Source: Candidatus Parcubacteria bacterium (lineage in GTDB: Bacteria > Patescibacteriota > Minisyncoccia > Phycocordibacterales > UBA918). From it: a DNA stretch of 64,000 nt. A program made the translations under genes and the position numbers. Below are positions 54,701-58,656 of this stretch, piece after piece. The stretch lies in the NCBI GenBank assembly GCA_046050355.1, contig JBJOPW010000001.1, positions 67,858 to 131,857 of the forward strand. Direction: 5' to 3'. Numbering within the stretch: the stretch's first letter is position 1; every line of letters begins with the position of its first letter. Under the pieces are notes generated by a model. That model was given only the letters and a program-made list of their open reading frames with translations. It was not told where the DNA came from and did not search any database.

Positions 54701-56121
54701 TCATCGTAGTATTTGATATCAAACAGGGCTGGAATCTCAGTCCCGTCGGGATTCTTGATACTCACCCGATCCACGGCAAAGGTATTCTCAGCAAAGATAG
54801 AACGGAAGATGCGATTGAAGAAACCTTGCTGTGGATCGTACGACAAGGTAAACATCGGTGACTTACCAAGAACTTGGTCCAAGTCAGCATTCACAAGTTC
54901 ATTGAGACTTGGTGCCTTCAGATCTCGTTCGTAGCCAATGGCATCGGTTGGCTTTTCAAAGTCTGATGATTCGTAAAAGCGTCCTGAGGTCACATCAAGC
55001 CATACACCATCAACAAAGACAGCTTCGGTCTCAGCTTCAATGCCTTCGTAGGCGACTTTGACCCGAAGGTTTGAGAGGTCATTACTGTATGGCGAAACAG
55101 CGAGGGCCACGAGGAAGTGGTCACCATTAAGGCTATTTGAAATCTCACCACCAACGTCAATCACGGTACCAGGGAGATACGTCGCACCCGCATCAAGTGA
55201 GTATGACACGACGAAACGCTGGATAGCACTACCAGGTTTCGCTTTGGCCGCTAGTGAGAGTCGTAGTTGTACCGTATCTAGTACCGTGCCGTTGGTGAAC
55301 TCAGGCAACGCAAAATTATCAAAGGTCAGCGACCGAGTTTTACAGCCAGCTTCGACGAGACAAGGTTCCAGGCCAAAGAGGTCAGTGGTGGTAGTACCAA
55401 CTGCAGCAGGTGATTCAGGAGTACTCGTCGTAGCCCCATCGCTAATAGTCTCAGAGGCGTCACTTGGTGAGTCACTTGCTTCCGTTGGCGTTGCTGTCGT
55501 TACCTCAGGTATCTCTGGAGTAGATGCTTCGTTTGGCGCAGAAGCTGGTTCTATGTCAGGCGCAGTTGTATCTGGTGCTACTTCCTCAACCACCGGCACC
55601 GCATCGGTGACCGGAGTCGTTTCATCAAATTGTGCGAGTGGATAGGCTACCGCCCGCATGGATGTCTCAAGCGGCGTATCACTCGGCACTGGTTCGGTTG
55701 GTGGTGTTGATTCAGTTGATGGCTCGGTAGCTGGAGTTTCAGCTGGTGGAGTATCAGTAGTAGCACCGTCTGAAGCAGCTCCATCATCTGGCGTACCGGT
55801 TGGCGGATTTTCAGTTGGCACAGCAGGAGATGGCGTTTGTGATTGTGTTGGTTCTACGTACTTGAAGTGTGCAGAATTGGCATTGGTGAAGTTTTGTAAG
55901 ATACCATCACCATCAACATCTTGAATCAAAACCTCATTCGGATTATCAAAGCCATCTGCCACTACACCTCCTGGTACAACCAGCAATTCTTCGGTCGTAT
56001 AGACCGTTCGGTCAATGTACGAGTACGCCAAAAAGCCACTGATACAGACAAATACCAGCAGAACCCGCAGAGTAAGGCGGTTTAGCTTAGGAATTACATG
56101 CGACACAACTCTAACGCCCAA
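33751..56121 (-). CDS. Giant (7456 aa, 22.4 kb) cell-surface protein: N-terminal TM anchor, Pro/Thr-rich stalk, three DUF2341-like plus LamG/concanavalin-like pairs, long right-handed beta-helix-type repeat arrays, FN3-like triplet, W.G..W propeller-like segments, Gly-rich stretches
   Basis: Single uninterrupted ORF on the minus strand. TTG at 56121 is the first in-frame start (GTG at codon 6 is an alternative). DUF2341-like units: WGRRIKIEVDN...DIRITTSDGITEVPYE...FYIYYGNSG, WSARKKITIQG...DIRITASDGVTEVPLE...FYVYYGNSG and WSNRQRVRIEN...DLRFTRIDGVTPLDFW...FAYFGNAS. Two of these are followed by LamG-like DGVNDYLTN...WNNV(S/T)TAET...GRIDEFR(I/L)ASV. Internal ~900-aa tandem duplications are visible at the protein level. 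Confidence 0.8.
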   Translation of the reverse strand: MGVRVVSHVIPKLNRLTLRVLLVFVCISGFLAYSYIDRTVYTTEELLVVPGGVVADGFDNPNEVLIQDVDGDGILQNFTNANSAHFKYVEPTQSQTPSPAVPTENPPTGTPDDGAASDGATTDTPPAETPATEPSTESTPPTEPVPSDTPLETSMRAVAYPLAQFDETTPVTDAVPVVEEVAPDTTAPDIEPASAPNEASTPEIPEVTTATPTEASDSPSDASETISDGATTSTPESPAAVGTTTTDLFGLEPCLVEAGCKTRSLTFDNFALPEFTNGTVLDTVQLRLSLAAKAKPGSAIQRFVVSYSLDAGATYLPGTVIDVGGEISNSLNGDHFLVALAVSPYSNDLSNLRVKVAYEGIEAETEAVFVDGVWLDVTSGRFYESSDFEKPTDAIGYERDLKAPSLNELVNADLDQVLGKSPMFTLSYDPQQGFFNRIFRSIFAENTFAVDRVSIKNPDGTEIPALFDIKYYDDLTWSMQVEELPYTLAPGKYEVTVEVLENGEKFTDTFEFYWGLLAVNTKKSMYFPNEEVVLNLAALTDSGDTICDANLEMKIIDPKGAIFEVPVSQSGSCNANNVTDVPDYLATFKDTGEWGKYTIQLQHLNVSGEVVHKITDSFEVRDYIPFDITRTAPTRIYPPAPYKVELKVKANRTYTGDITERVPRGFIIEGLEGATITALPQYSLITWSNVTMNVGDERTFSYTFDAPDVSPYMYLLGPLTMDSFSELRQWQIASDALNNIGWFKGTRTVAGTNLNSVPSPMQWSTSSIDNYYYTHSTSSNSQRVTLRQSGDYFVAVNLPVQRTDANTSRTRSGIEVRKNGVAVQEGLGRSGYIENAGAQSESSSNVAFLLTDVNANDYIEVFVENLNTIDAGDTVNVSGLASLYVEYMTSSDIVFAATTTRSTATTSLNTATANALDWIETRQDTGFVHSNTVSPQNITLSATGTYMVHVNIPLTGVNHTVQTNVTGRVLINGMAVPGAQFMQGYMETAATESDGDSSIHWSGVVVASSTNSVLTVTAQQEAGGGNVVVTPGFAGSIVIEKLPTAGVIAVTGNYFNGTTGMNFNNTNASSTRFNVPLAHDTGTYTYSSTTNSHQITVGQSGDYFLMYNVAVTGATARTNNRITVTVNGATTTGAQTKSNYIRNQNGHTDASGNLVFLLEGVGAGQIVSVQSQQEATAGQVSSTTPATLMLWKKAALDFRPAAPTLQTPFDNARFASTSPYFEFTASDPDGASDIEYEFSISTSSTFATATVRVSSADAGFVNTVSGGDTAPFTEGNKIRYQLQPGDTLTDLTTYYWRVRAKDVTGSGGFGDYSTTQSFTVNAGDTVANWYQTTSGQFQTNTLFGATANDVNNNVTVNSTVSSEIMLAYGDGTNTTPRYRLWNGTSWGIEQSAIAVGGTINWVRTAAGVKRDEYILVTMDQSNATYAQVYNATSSSWGNQTLITSTVSNVTRKGIAVGYESVSGDAMVVSCSNTKDPVYRTWNGSTWSATSSITTSLVNVCNHVEIASDPTSDEMILVVRDSGAAVGNNYEALVWDGTGWISSRVLGSVQAGQELRAGIGVKYESSGDQAVIAVTNGTNNNFAYVTWLGPSLGWSSNGTQALFNDFEFGSLAADPNSDLMTLCFINDSARVGAIRWDGSVWTGTFTDFTITGNSQAGRPVDCEYETTAGRSGYILGTYSDTTNLRYRTFATSTWDAQQTVSGVGSGAGVFWVQTERAGDGTIVAISHDDAVAGDEIESTYWNGTNWSTKQSIVPNPSSIIGAPYETFEMAAKRYTFTQGIVTTQPIVFTSVPNQNTWGDLSFGSTEPFGTDVTVKLKYTNTTTCDTYIPDGALPGNSTGFDQSAMPLNLTSLSTSTYSQICLEATLTTFGSQSASLDDWSVAWLRKPKLVQSNFRWYANGSFFTPTDAWPVGGTDVNENVALSSAEAVSLNDVLRLRLSLQGANVPLATSTSAFKLQYAPGSSCSIATGWSDVGAVGSTTALWRGYANSIVGSDWYGAAWGRRIKIEVDNALVGTSSAVTDFPVYVNLDDLPAVFFDTVQSDGDDIRITTSDGITEVPYELVAIDTSADTGELHFKAPSLSTTTDTGFYIYYGNSGASGYAATATYGRNNVWNNGYQAVYHLGTNPTSAMIDSTSNGRNLTSSGMVATNSTSSKIGNGLNFDGVNDYLTNTGWSWNTATVTVTAWNNVSTAETQNSNLFSFTAAGAERFAAHAPWGDAVLYWDFGTCCSAPGRLTTNYTSYRNKWTHVGLVSHGTGGTFMGIYLDGAPIATAATSDNPNVALTGFALGSVSTAGGTYHRGRIDEFRIASVARSASWLKTEYNNQTNATGFYTVQAEELIGDGRVLPSTLLSDSNFSETYEENNPTILNRNGLLVGQKTEWDFTLQNNGATANTSYCFRLVYADGAILNTYSTYPRLITNAAPLQPTLTAPFDNRQLASTTPTFEFAAIDELGDLVSYEVVIDNDADFSSPTITRESNADFSQFTNIASPSERSQYSSGQTIQFVPNTGLTNGVTYWWRVRAKDDFGSNTYGSWSEPRSFTVNSATTLTTWFQTTGDQFNTNSLNDALANVSTNDVGINTSFTAATTTTTEIDYDNRAIGNAWGSISFNQNVTSGTIRHYVEYEVSSNNFALVPDTDLPGNSAGFASSPISIAALDTTTYNVLRITSVFSGNATLPRLLDMTVTWSLKIEPPTHLTLFDNAKTATVTPAFTFTTIDPQADDLQYEIQISTTQDFAAPTTFMSGVDAGFSNVTTPADTSPFNSGNTIRYQTQAPLTNSVTYWWRTRARDPGGSNSWSNYSTPFSFTVDTATNVSVWYQTTGEQFSTNDTVDIETTLGGAQVSSVINGVMVAYAEGTAQAPQYRTWNGSAWSAPISADTVSAQIRWTRLKAATTRPEYALGTLGTDLDINIQIYDAITESWGNIFEIVNSATESTKRRYDIAYETVSGKLMAVACLGNDAVYATWDGSSWSATSSLVLANTNDCEWVQMASDPVSNEIIAVFRHTNTGTPDYEALVWNGSSWGNSNRFGDVSANTNEGMVIEYEESGDQAVLALPNGTVNMPWKTWNGSTWSATNTVALGNVMTWGSLKRDEGTDRMMLCYMDADTDIGIVPWTGSAFGTFTELTITGNDNRGLPADCDFQTTQGTDGDVVIAYSDTVAARYQTYSFGTGTTSGEFSLDVINNSWRFQTVRGGDGTVHALAFDDGSNPDRYDTSRWNGSVWTARENFSSSPSIAAQPFDGSLTIAAQIYPNFTSASIRSTAINFADGASPRWERVRFTDTTPGLSNVLYRVYYETTPGTFALVPDSALSGNAAGFTNSPINISGLDKNIYNVLKLDAELLCDSGNCPSVQDWSVEWSEGLTISGSIFDYDQLTALASGTVAVAVNGVLQSGKTAQVAAGTSTQQVVYTAAGTSTFTVPSGVTSVTVKSWGAGGGSGASYSTNGGGAGAGGGGGFVQGNVTTIPAENLTVRVGGGGAGGTAATSTGGGGGGGYSGVFRTSTPLLVAGGGGGGGGGVTNIKYVGAGTACGVNGAACTPTIPASTAVNDLYIAVLHSRTDTAHTCTTNCTGWTEFSTQAGSAGEGRVSVWYYRRTGAAPANPTFAGPATESYTGRIWAFRGAAITGNPYDVLGTNTAVTVANTVFTGSNLSSTVPDAMVVHVGGSMDNNTWGPGGGSCNTPNAADANFYAANANGTDNSVFLCYRDNPISSAGSLGAPTMTQATLGADVGRYFTFALRPQATDGLVLGNGGAGGGLTGETGSTTAASGGGGGGTQVAGGAIGGSNATVGAAYQGGLGAGTAGGVGAGGAGGIGGGGTGGSGSTTAILAGGGGGGAGYYGGGGGANASDFYTHNPGAGGGGGSSYTALTGVSATSTISGSGTQAANTADPDYSAGVGVGAAAVTSITNGSSGGNGKVVVTWSTVASAGTWSIPNVSAVAGDVITVFIQNASGTDEAVAVTVYDGSGDITGMQLSKRHLTIGSNDGTTVTNANLALYANAANEDIFYSASGGSTISLCAESTCSDARLRVLSGATYAPGADTSVINFQNNGTFAPATSTFRISNVWDNQSTFTVGQSTIIFTATTSTQTPQNASSSLAFYNVTFGESSGNATFTLTKPLITYGNLTVNYGTLARGTTTLNIGGNLSLGANGTFSGLGTTTFDGTGSSLWGDAKAANLSTNIGNVVIDGTAKTITLSGNVGSESLTIGNDDTLNASGSGFNINVLRHWTNNNAFVPQSGTVSFIGTSTGVIARGTSAFNNLSFTGVGGNWSFSTSTLALNGTLTIATGTVTLPTGTTTIGGSFLNTGGQFAHNNGEVRMTSSVAGRSITTSGTPFLNNFYDLVFTGAGGWTFTGAATTTRDMRITAGTVTMPTTTLAVGGDFVTTGSGAFAHNNGEVILLVQDADTLSTNGSSFNNLRVRGAASGWYNDSWSARKKITIQGSKVMGSMTNFPVYLNLADLGDDFFTGITTGGADIRITASDGVTEVPLEVVSVSTSTKRGEVYFRAPSLATSTSADFYVYYGNSGATAYASTSAFGAQNVWTNGYQAVYHLDSDPAGITVDSTRFDRRLSQVGAMDATDVVAGVLGNAIDFDGVNDYLTNAAFAWVNASNTITVTAWNNVTTAETKAANLFGFTESGGQRVATHGPWSDAILYWDFGAAGVPGRVSSSYASYRNKWTHIGLVSPGAGGGNMSIYFDGAFITSSTASDPNVTLTGFSLGSLGASQYHDGRIDEFRLASVVRDAGWLGTEFNNQSTSTSFYSTSTAEARFARVFTDTNTTILGNYIADAGASATFPSGILSVGGSFDNNGAFSANNGTVRFNSTAGSETIAVGSSTFATLEFNGAGGDFTVTESATATVAINLTNATQFTLQSGLSLTASGTFSQTMSGTSTTWTGSLLRFIGTDHSMHTKSFGGDVYGTLQVANDADIAMWNSSATTYITSDTGSIYSQDHAAVDGDLNIYGNYIRSTGTEHWAYATDFDGTVLGSPRQVDVRVASGSSVGFTAASLNFTGTSSASTTIAALTGSFSLNATNSIVTARYFSVASTGSAGFGLLSSTTLSQFDDGYIDVTPGTSGLRIDGTTVSTNPAKQLLRVAFATTTAGTGANVTFTGTSTSFVWFKEGSGNLYGEAFDSGDANPGAIRFDDSSYLITVSGRVLTSDGGASLGAPVCDGVTPNVRVVVNSGSYTAQTSCNVTTGAYSFSNVAFIGDPKITVYLNTNGGVSGAAVTKTPTSDITNLDVYAYQLITRHEGAVPLSIADLTLFDTASDTDMRFSATTTPSTSLTVLSNNGLFVWASTTFTPGGPVTLAGNASSSAFEGSLTLATSSQFIAAGTDTHSLAGRLVVGQNATITAASSTFVFTATTTGKSITAATTQNFHNLSFTGVGGAWNIGAPLSLTGDMTISAGTVTGTNNISLLNGQLTGNGTLSLGSGTTTISRTNTLGGTTPWTFANLVLGNGSVAGTTTPASAATTTVSGRLTISAAHVYDVGSSPINLTGSGTVFSVSGTYRPGTGLVTYSGANATVLGTTYYDLAVGASVGSSTFTTSGVGILVNRNLTIGNGTASSTFTTNQSDPVLTVSGDVFVASASTLSLSDTATTTIAGSIDNNGTVLANGGIAAFTGSGTHTIAMGTSPLARTRINGTGSFTVSESATSTVSFTLQNHALFRVATGTTLALAGTFDNQLGGAATDFPGTLYFYGGSSIAVNQKTTADTYSTLGVASDTRIRLWNSSATTYNALGGIYSQDHNNTNGLLHVYGTFAETSASDYWSYATDFDGTALSGSERVVTVAFASGAAYNLTGGSLSVIGAAGASTSITNQGAGTYGVIIGGSGTANWNYATVRNASTSGIIFTGTPIVTDFSRVDIEVGATGGTGVTIGSTVLNNNPAKNLTNNHFATSTGVSAATNVTATGTAVSSWRFTNHTGSIDGEVYDNDPAGDPGYIVWDDSAALITVSGNVYSDEGVTVSPVCNGVTANIVLRVAGLTTYSTPCNATTGAYSIPNVAFSPADTLTVYIDNNIRKAVTVSADPISSISDMHLYENRVIVRHENTSPLSIADMAVWDSSDDGDILFTAVDAGSDTLSLPADQKLLIWTSKTFEPNGNVTLSGGGGGGAQDGTLEALANATWRAQGNETHSIAGSIIFGAGAVFTAGQSTTTLTTTGAGRTIDVNSGAFYNLYITGSGSWTVADSALTTTRSYTQSAGTVTFGSGTTTIGASFNATGGSFSMPGTGIAFVSSSTGNIVRFDDAMVPALYFTGAGGAWSMTDTNATTTGSFIISNTGTVTLPSGALAVGGSFTNASGTVTHNTADLYMTSASAASITTRGSDLFALRKTDVGTINITDASATFRDDVVIASGSLVAATNTLSVGGSFLVTGGTFSHASGTVLFNATASGKTINASTSPFYNVQFASASGGWTWQGNATTTNNLTLTTASAFTKEAGTSLSIGGVFTNLVGGGATTWTNTIISLTNSAPYTINTKTTGGDDYATLSINVADLRLWNSSVATTTTGAGASLYSQDHGVVDGALNIYGDFTVATTSEYWSYATDFDGTALTGTERAVTVRINENATTTVQSGTLSIIGGLSASTTIGNISTGTHAFIVTGGTFNAQYYRFNALNSTGLNFINTPTITNLSNGYYNLALNGGTLITLADTALNANASKIFTAVGFNAGNSWNGTNTALVGSTSNAWRFSGSYGNIGGEAFDSDGVDACGSIRFDDSGCLLTSQTSYRWRADDGGEGAPNSEWYNLSWSNRQRVRIENITATTFSTTTVKIVVPYDSAMQSDFDDLRFTRIDGVTPLDFWLDRYTASTEAVVWVEVPSLAANAYTDVFAYFGNASSTSSSSAAATFSFSDDFEDNNITEYSGDTTLFQTDTAPVFGGSYALEALNKSGRTTDGIFRTGSLTAQGQVIRYRQYVDTTTGSADEGCALFGVQTPGTNNNNYAVCLELFGTDRLSLSKNVTDNDVSGTRLASTTVTFATGWYLVEIDWQTSNRIDVYLYNAAGSIVASTTATDSSYTSGGMGFTFWVQNGAWDSYQVSGRGPINPGISFGAKQTAGGASWVAAENTLGSGLPNVTRRLRIGIENSGLDVTGQTYRLQYAAKGGAPSCEAVSSGSFAAVPNQASCGSSPVCMQVSSNVTDGEATTDLLTTSNGQFSAGAVVESPSTMTSGLSVNQDRYTELEYVITPTNNASDNYCFRVVNGSTPIDYYAKVAELGLQFDPVIGTVNLNDGFDIALLPGTTTRIYATTTITDFNGASDIKMATTTFYKTASGTSSCTPDDNNCYRVDTSNQCNLQCTGNNCNLICYADIQFFATPSDDGAAEWFAFTEVIDNSGGYDFADSLAVELLTVRSLSINSGINYGSLAPQADTGSYNATTTIANAGNVPFDIEVEGTDLSDGASSVIPANKQKFATSTFTYSGCAVCSLLSSSTPVALDVNLSKPTVPTPPVTTDIFWGIEVPFGVNSAPHSGINVFTPVSP

Positions 56122-56136
56122 AAGATAACTTTTGGG
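56117..56136 (-). promoter_or_regulatory. Perfect 8-bp stem hairpin (CCCAAAAG-ATAA-CTTTTGGG) overlapping the candidate TTG start of the giant gene
   Basis: Seen directly. It overlaps 56119..56121 (the TTG start) and the would-be ribosome-binding region, so it could sequester the translation initiation region. Confidence 0.3.
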
Positions 56137-56146
56137 TTACCTATAG

Positions 56147-56181
56147 TATAACGCGCCAGTACTCGGTACTGGCGCGTTATA
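56147..56181. promoter_or_regulatory. Perfect 16-bp-arm palindrome (TATAACGCGCCAGTAC-TCG-GTACTGGCGCGTTATA) in the 89-bp spacer between the cohesin-like gene and the giant gene
   Basis: Seen directly. 26 to 60 nt upstream of the giant ORF start and 30 nt after the upstream stop. No U-tract follows on the minus strand, so it is not a canonical intrinsic terminator. Candidate operator or RNA processing/stability stem. Confidence 0.4.
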
Positions 56182-56210
56182 CGAATTTTATTGTGGATTG
56201 TTTGTGCTCA

Positions 56211-57755
56211 TTAGCGCAAAATCGTCTTTACGTCATTGATTTCTTTTTCAATCAAGGTCTCAGATACTTCGAGCGCTTGGTTGAGACCCTCCACCGCTTC
56301 TTTTTCTTTCTTAGAGAGCCGTGGACGCTTCGTGATGAGGTTGATCTGATCGTAGATCTCATCACGCAAGGCGGAGAAGATTTTTTCCATTTGATCCTGA
56401 ATTTCGCGAGTTTCGCGACGGAGTTTGTCTTCGCGCAGTTTGTTCTGCTTCCGATCGTACCAAATGTAGATAAACTGCATCAAGATTGTTACCAGGAGGA
56501 GCGCAGTAAAGATATTCCTTCCGGTAAAGTAGTCCCAAATGGTGGTTTCTATCTCTACTTCGGCCGGTTTAATCCATCCAGCCGTAATCTGCACTGCTAC
56601 ACTTGATTCTTTACTGTTACCAGCCTTGTCGTAAGCCACTACCGTGACAGTGTAGGTACCGTCCTCGAGTTCCTTGAGGAGGTAACCGATTTTTGCTTCA
56701 TCCGGAGTGACTTTGATCGGTTCGTTGTCGGCAATGGTCATCTCATAGTAATCGATGCCAGATGTCGTATCGTTCGCAGCAAAGTTAAGCTGCGGGAACC
56801 CGGTTGGTGAATTTGAGACCCGAACATCAATGGTGAAGTTTTCTGGTTCGGTAGTATCAATCATGATTTTGCGATTGAGTACCGCACCCCAGCCCACCTG
56901 ATTCTTATATTTGATACTCAAGTACTGGATACCTTCAATCGCATTTTCCTTATTGAGCGCAAACTCTTTAATTGGAGGATTTGCGATCGCTGACTTAGTT
57001 AGCTCAGGCTGGTTCTCCGATGAAGTCGCAAGCATGACAGCGAGCTCATTGACATCAAATGGTATTTCCCATTCAAATAAGCCATCAGTAGTGGCGTACC
57101 AAACCTCTGGATCAAGGAAGGTTTTTGAACCAACCTCTGGCGCCCGTGGCGGATCGCCAAACACGATGGCCTCATCCCCTCCTTCTTCTTCATCTTCTGC
57201 CGCTGGGGTTGTTGGTTCAGGGGTTGGCGTAGGGGTTGGTGTTGGCGTAGTAGCCGCTGCAACTGTAAAGGAGCCATTAGTACTCTTACTGTAGACATCA
57301 GTACCACGACCATCAGCCGCCAGCACCGACGCATTGGAGACCGTGAGGGCGCCCGTCCCCGCCGCTACTGCTCGGAACGTGACACTGACAAGATTTGACT
57401 GGGCCGTAAATGGAGATGGGCTACCACCACCAAAAGTAATAGTTCCGGCACTATTTGAGTAGGTCGGTTCAGTAGTCCAGAGTGAGAACACTGATCCTGT
57501 CTTACTGACATTTACTACGGCGAGCACCGCAGGATCAAACTTAAGGGTAGCCTCAACCGCATTGACACTCTGACCACCGGGCGATACCCGCACCGACACC
57601 GTAAAAGTCTGCCCCGGTGTGTAGCTACCCGTACTCGGTGCAATCACCACATCAGCCGCGAAAGCCACTGTAGCAAACCAGACAAAAAGCCCAAACACCC
57701 CCACAAGGGTCAGGAGTTTGTATAACGTGGTGAGTATGTGTGTGCGTGAGAACAT
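56211..57755 (-). CDS. Type-I membrane surface protein with a cohesin-like module, TM and a cytoplasmic coiled-coil tail (paralog of 19478..21226)
   Basis: Signal peptide. TFTVSVRVSPGGQSVNAVEATLKFDPAVLAVVNVSKTGSVFSLWTTEPTYSNSAGTITFGGGSPSPF. (TP)n linker TPTPTPTPTPEPTTP. TM LLLVTILMQFIYIWY and a charged helical tail. Confidence 0.65.
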   Translation of the reverse strand: MFSRTHILTTLYKLLTLVGVFGLFVWFATVAFAADVVIAPSTGSYTPGQTFTVSVRVSPGGQSVNAVEATLKFDPAVLAVVNVSKTGSVFSLWTTEPTYSNSAGTITFGGGSPSPFTAQSNLVSVTFRAVAAGTGALTVSNASVLAADGRGTDVYSKSTNGSFTVAAATTPTPTPTPTPEPTTPAAEDEEEGGDEAIVFGDPPRAPEVGSKTFLDPEVWYATTDGLFEWEIPFDVNELAVMLATSSENQPELTKSAIANPPIKEFALNKENAIEGIQYLSIKYKNQVGWGAVLNRKIMIDTTEPENFTIDVRVSNSPTGFPQLNFAANDTTSGIDYYEMTIADNEPIKVTPDEAKIGYLLKELEDGTYTVTVVAYDKAGNSKESSVAVQITAGWIKPAEVEIETTIWDYFTGRNIFTALLLVTILMQFIYIWYDRKQNKLREDKLRRETREIQDQMEKIFSALRDEIYDQINLITKRPRLSKKEKEAVEGLNQALEVSETLIEKEINDVKTILR

Positions 57756-57780
57756 AAGAACTATCTGAATTACTACTAAA

Positions 57781-58242
57781 CTATTTTGGCCTGGTCTTAT
57801 CGGCAGTGATTTTGAGCTTGACTCGCTCTTTCTCCTCCGGCTTTAAGAGTGGCAGTATTAAAATGAGTACACCGTTTTTTATCTTTGCCTCGGCCTTTTC
57901 AATATCAACACTCTCAGGCAAGATTATCCGTCGATAAAAATCACCCCAGACACATTCTTCAGTAAAATACGAACCACGCGGTTTACTTTTAGGAAAGACA
58001 ATAAATTCCGGTCGAATGCGGCGACCTTCGATGAGGACGATATCGGCATCCCCTTCAATCGAGACGTGGACATCATTCATATCAGCACCAGCTGACTGCG
58101 CATAGATGACAATCGTCCGTTCCGTCTGATAGACATCAACATCAAGCTGCGCCACTTTGTCGACAGCAGTCTCTTCCTCACTAGACTGCAGAGTCTGGTC
58201 AGAACGAACACCTCTCCCTTTGAGACGTTGTAAAAATGACAT
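57781..58242 (-). CDS. Hsp20/alpha-crystallin family small heat-shock protein
   Basis: 153 aa. Alpha-crystallin domain DVDVYQTERTIVIYAQSAGADMNDVHVSIEGD...LPESVDIEKAEAKIKNGVLILILP. Confidence 0.8.
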   Translation of the reverse strand: MSFLQRLKGRGVRSDQTLQSSEEETAVDKVAQLDVDVYQTERTIVIYAQSAGADMNDVHVSIEGDADIVLIEGRRIRPEFIVFPKSKPRGSYFTEECVWGDFYRRIILPESVDIEKAEAKIKNGVLILILPLLKPEEKERVKLKITADKTRPK

Positions 58243-58294
58243 ACCAATTCCTCTACATTATATATGTGTCAGCCTATCATGATGTAACGTTACC
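58243..58294 (-). promoter_or_regulatory. Putative sigma70-type promoter, RBS and a 10-bp palindrome for the Hsp20 gene
   Basis: Minus-strand reading gives TTACAT (plus 58283..58288), 17 nt, TATATAAT (plus 58258..58265), then GAGGAA about 7 nt before the ATG (58240..58242). A perfect palindrome GTAACGTTAC at 58285..58294 overlaps the -35. Confidence 0.35.
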
Positions 58295-58587
58295 CACAGT
58301 AAGTTTTATATAGAAGATAGAAGATTGAATACGGAATATACAATATACGAGACAAAGACAGGCACTGCCTCTTTACACTATTCAATGTTATCAGTTCAAT
58401 CTTCCCTAGAATTTTAACTTAAAACTTTGAAAGAAAATTTTCTCAGACGAGGCGCACAAAGAAGAAAAGCGAAGGGGAGTTAAATAAGGAGCTTTTCTAA
58501 TGTAATAATGAATAAGTGAACAAATTATAAAGCTGGTGGCTCTAGAATAAAATCGTTTATGACAAGGCGTCTGAACGCCAAAGAACG

Positions 58588-58609
58588 AGCCGTATTGCTA
58601 TACGGTGAG
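58588..58609 (-). terminator. Conserved 3'-UTR stem-loop downstream of dockerin gene 58657..60627 (GAGCCGTAT-TGCT-ATACGGTGA); paralog of 24498..24520
   Basis: 6-bp stem CCGTAT/ATACGG. It covaries with the CCGTAC/GTACGG copy. A second hairpin CAAGGCGT-CTGA-ACGCCAAAG lies at 58563..58583. Confidence 0.4.
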
Positions 58610-58656
58610 GATTTCGAGTGAAACACAACACAGTCAGAGGCGATTTTAGTCAGAGC

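Noticed and set aside
34000-56000. Numerous 60-200-aa plus-strand ORFs (e.g. 37748..38212, 43142..43765, 55058..55645) and short minus-strand ORFs in other frames within the giant gene
   Set aside because: All lie inside the single continuous 22.4-kb minus-strand ORF. They are antisense or out of frame and have biased Pro/Val/Ala-rich composition. None has start-site or domain support.
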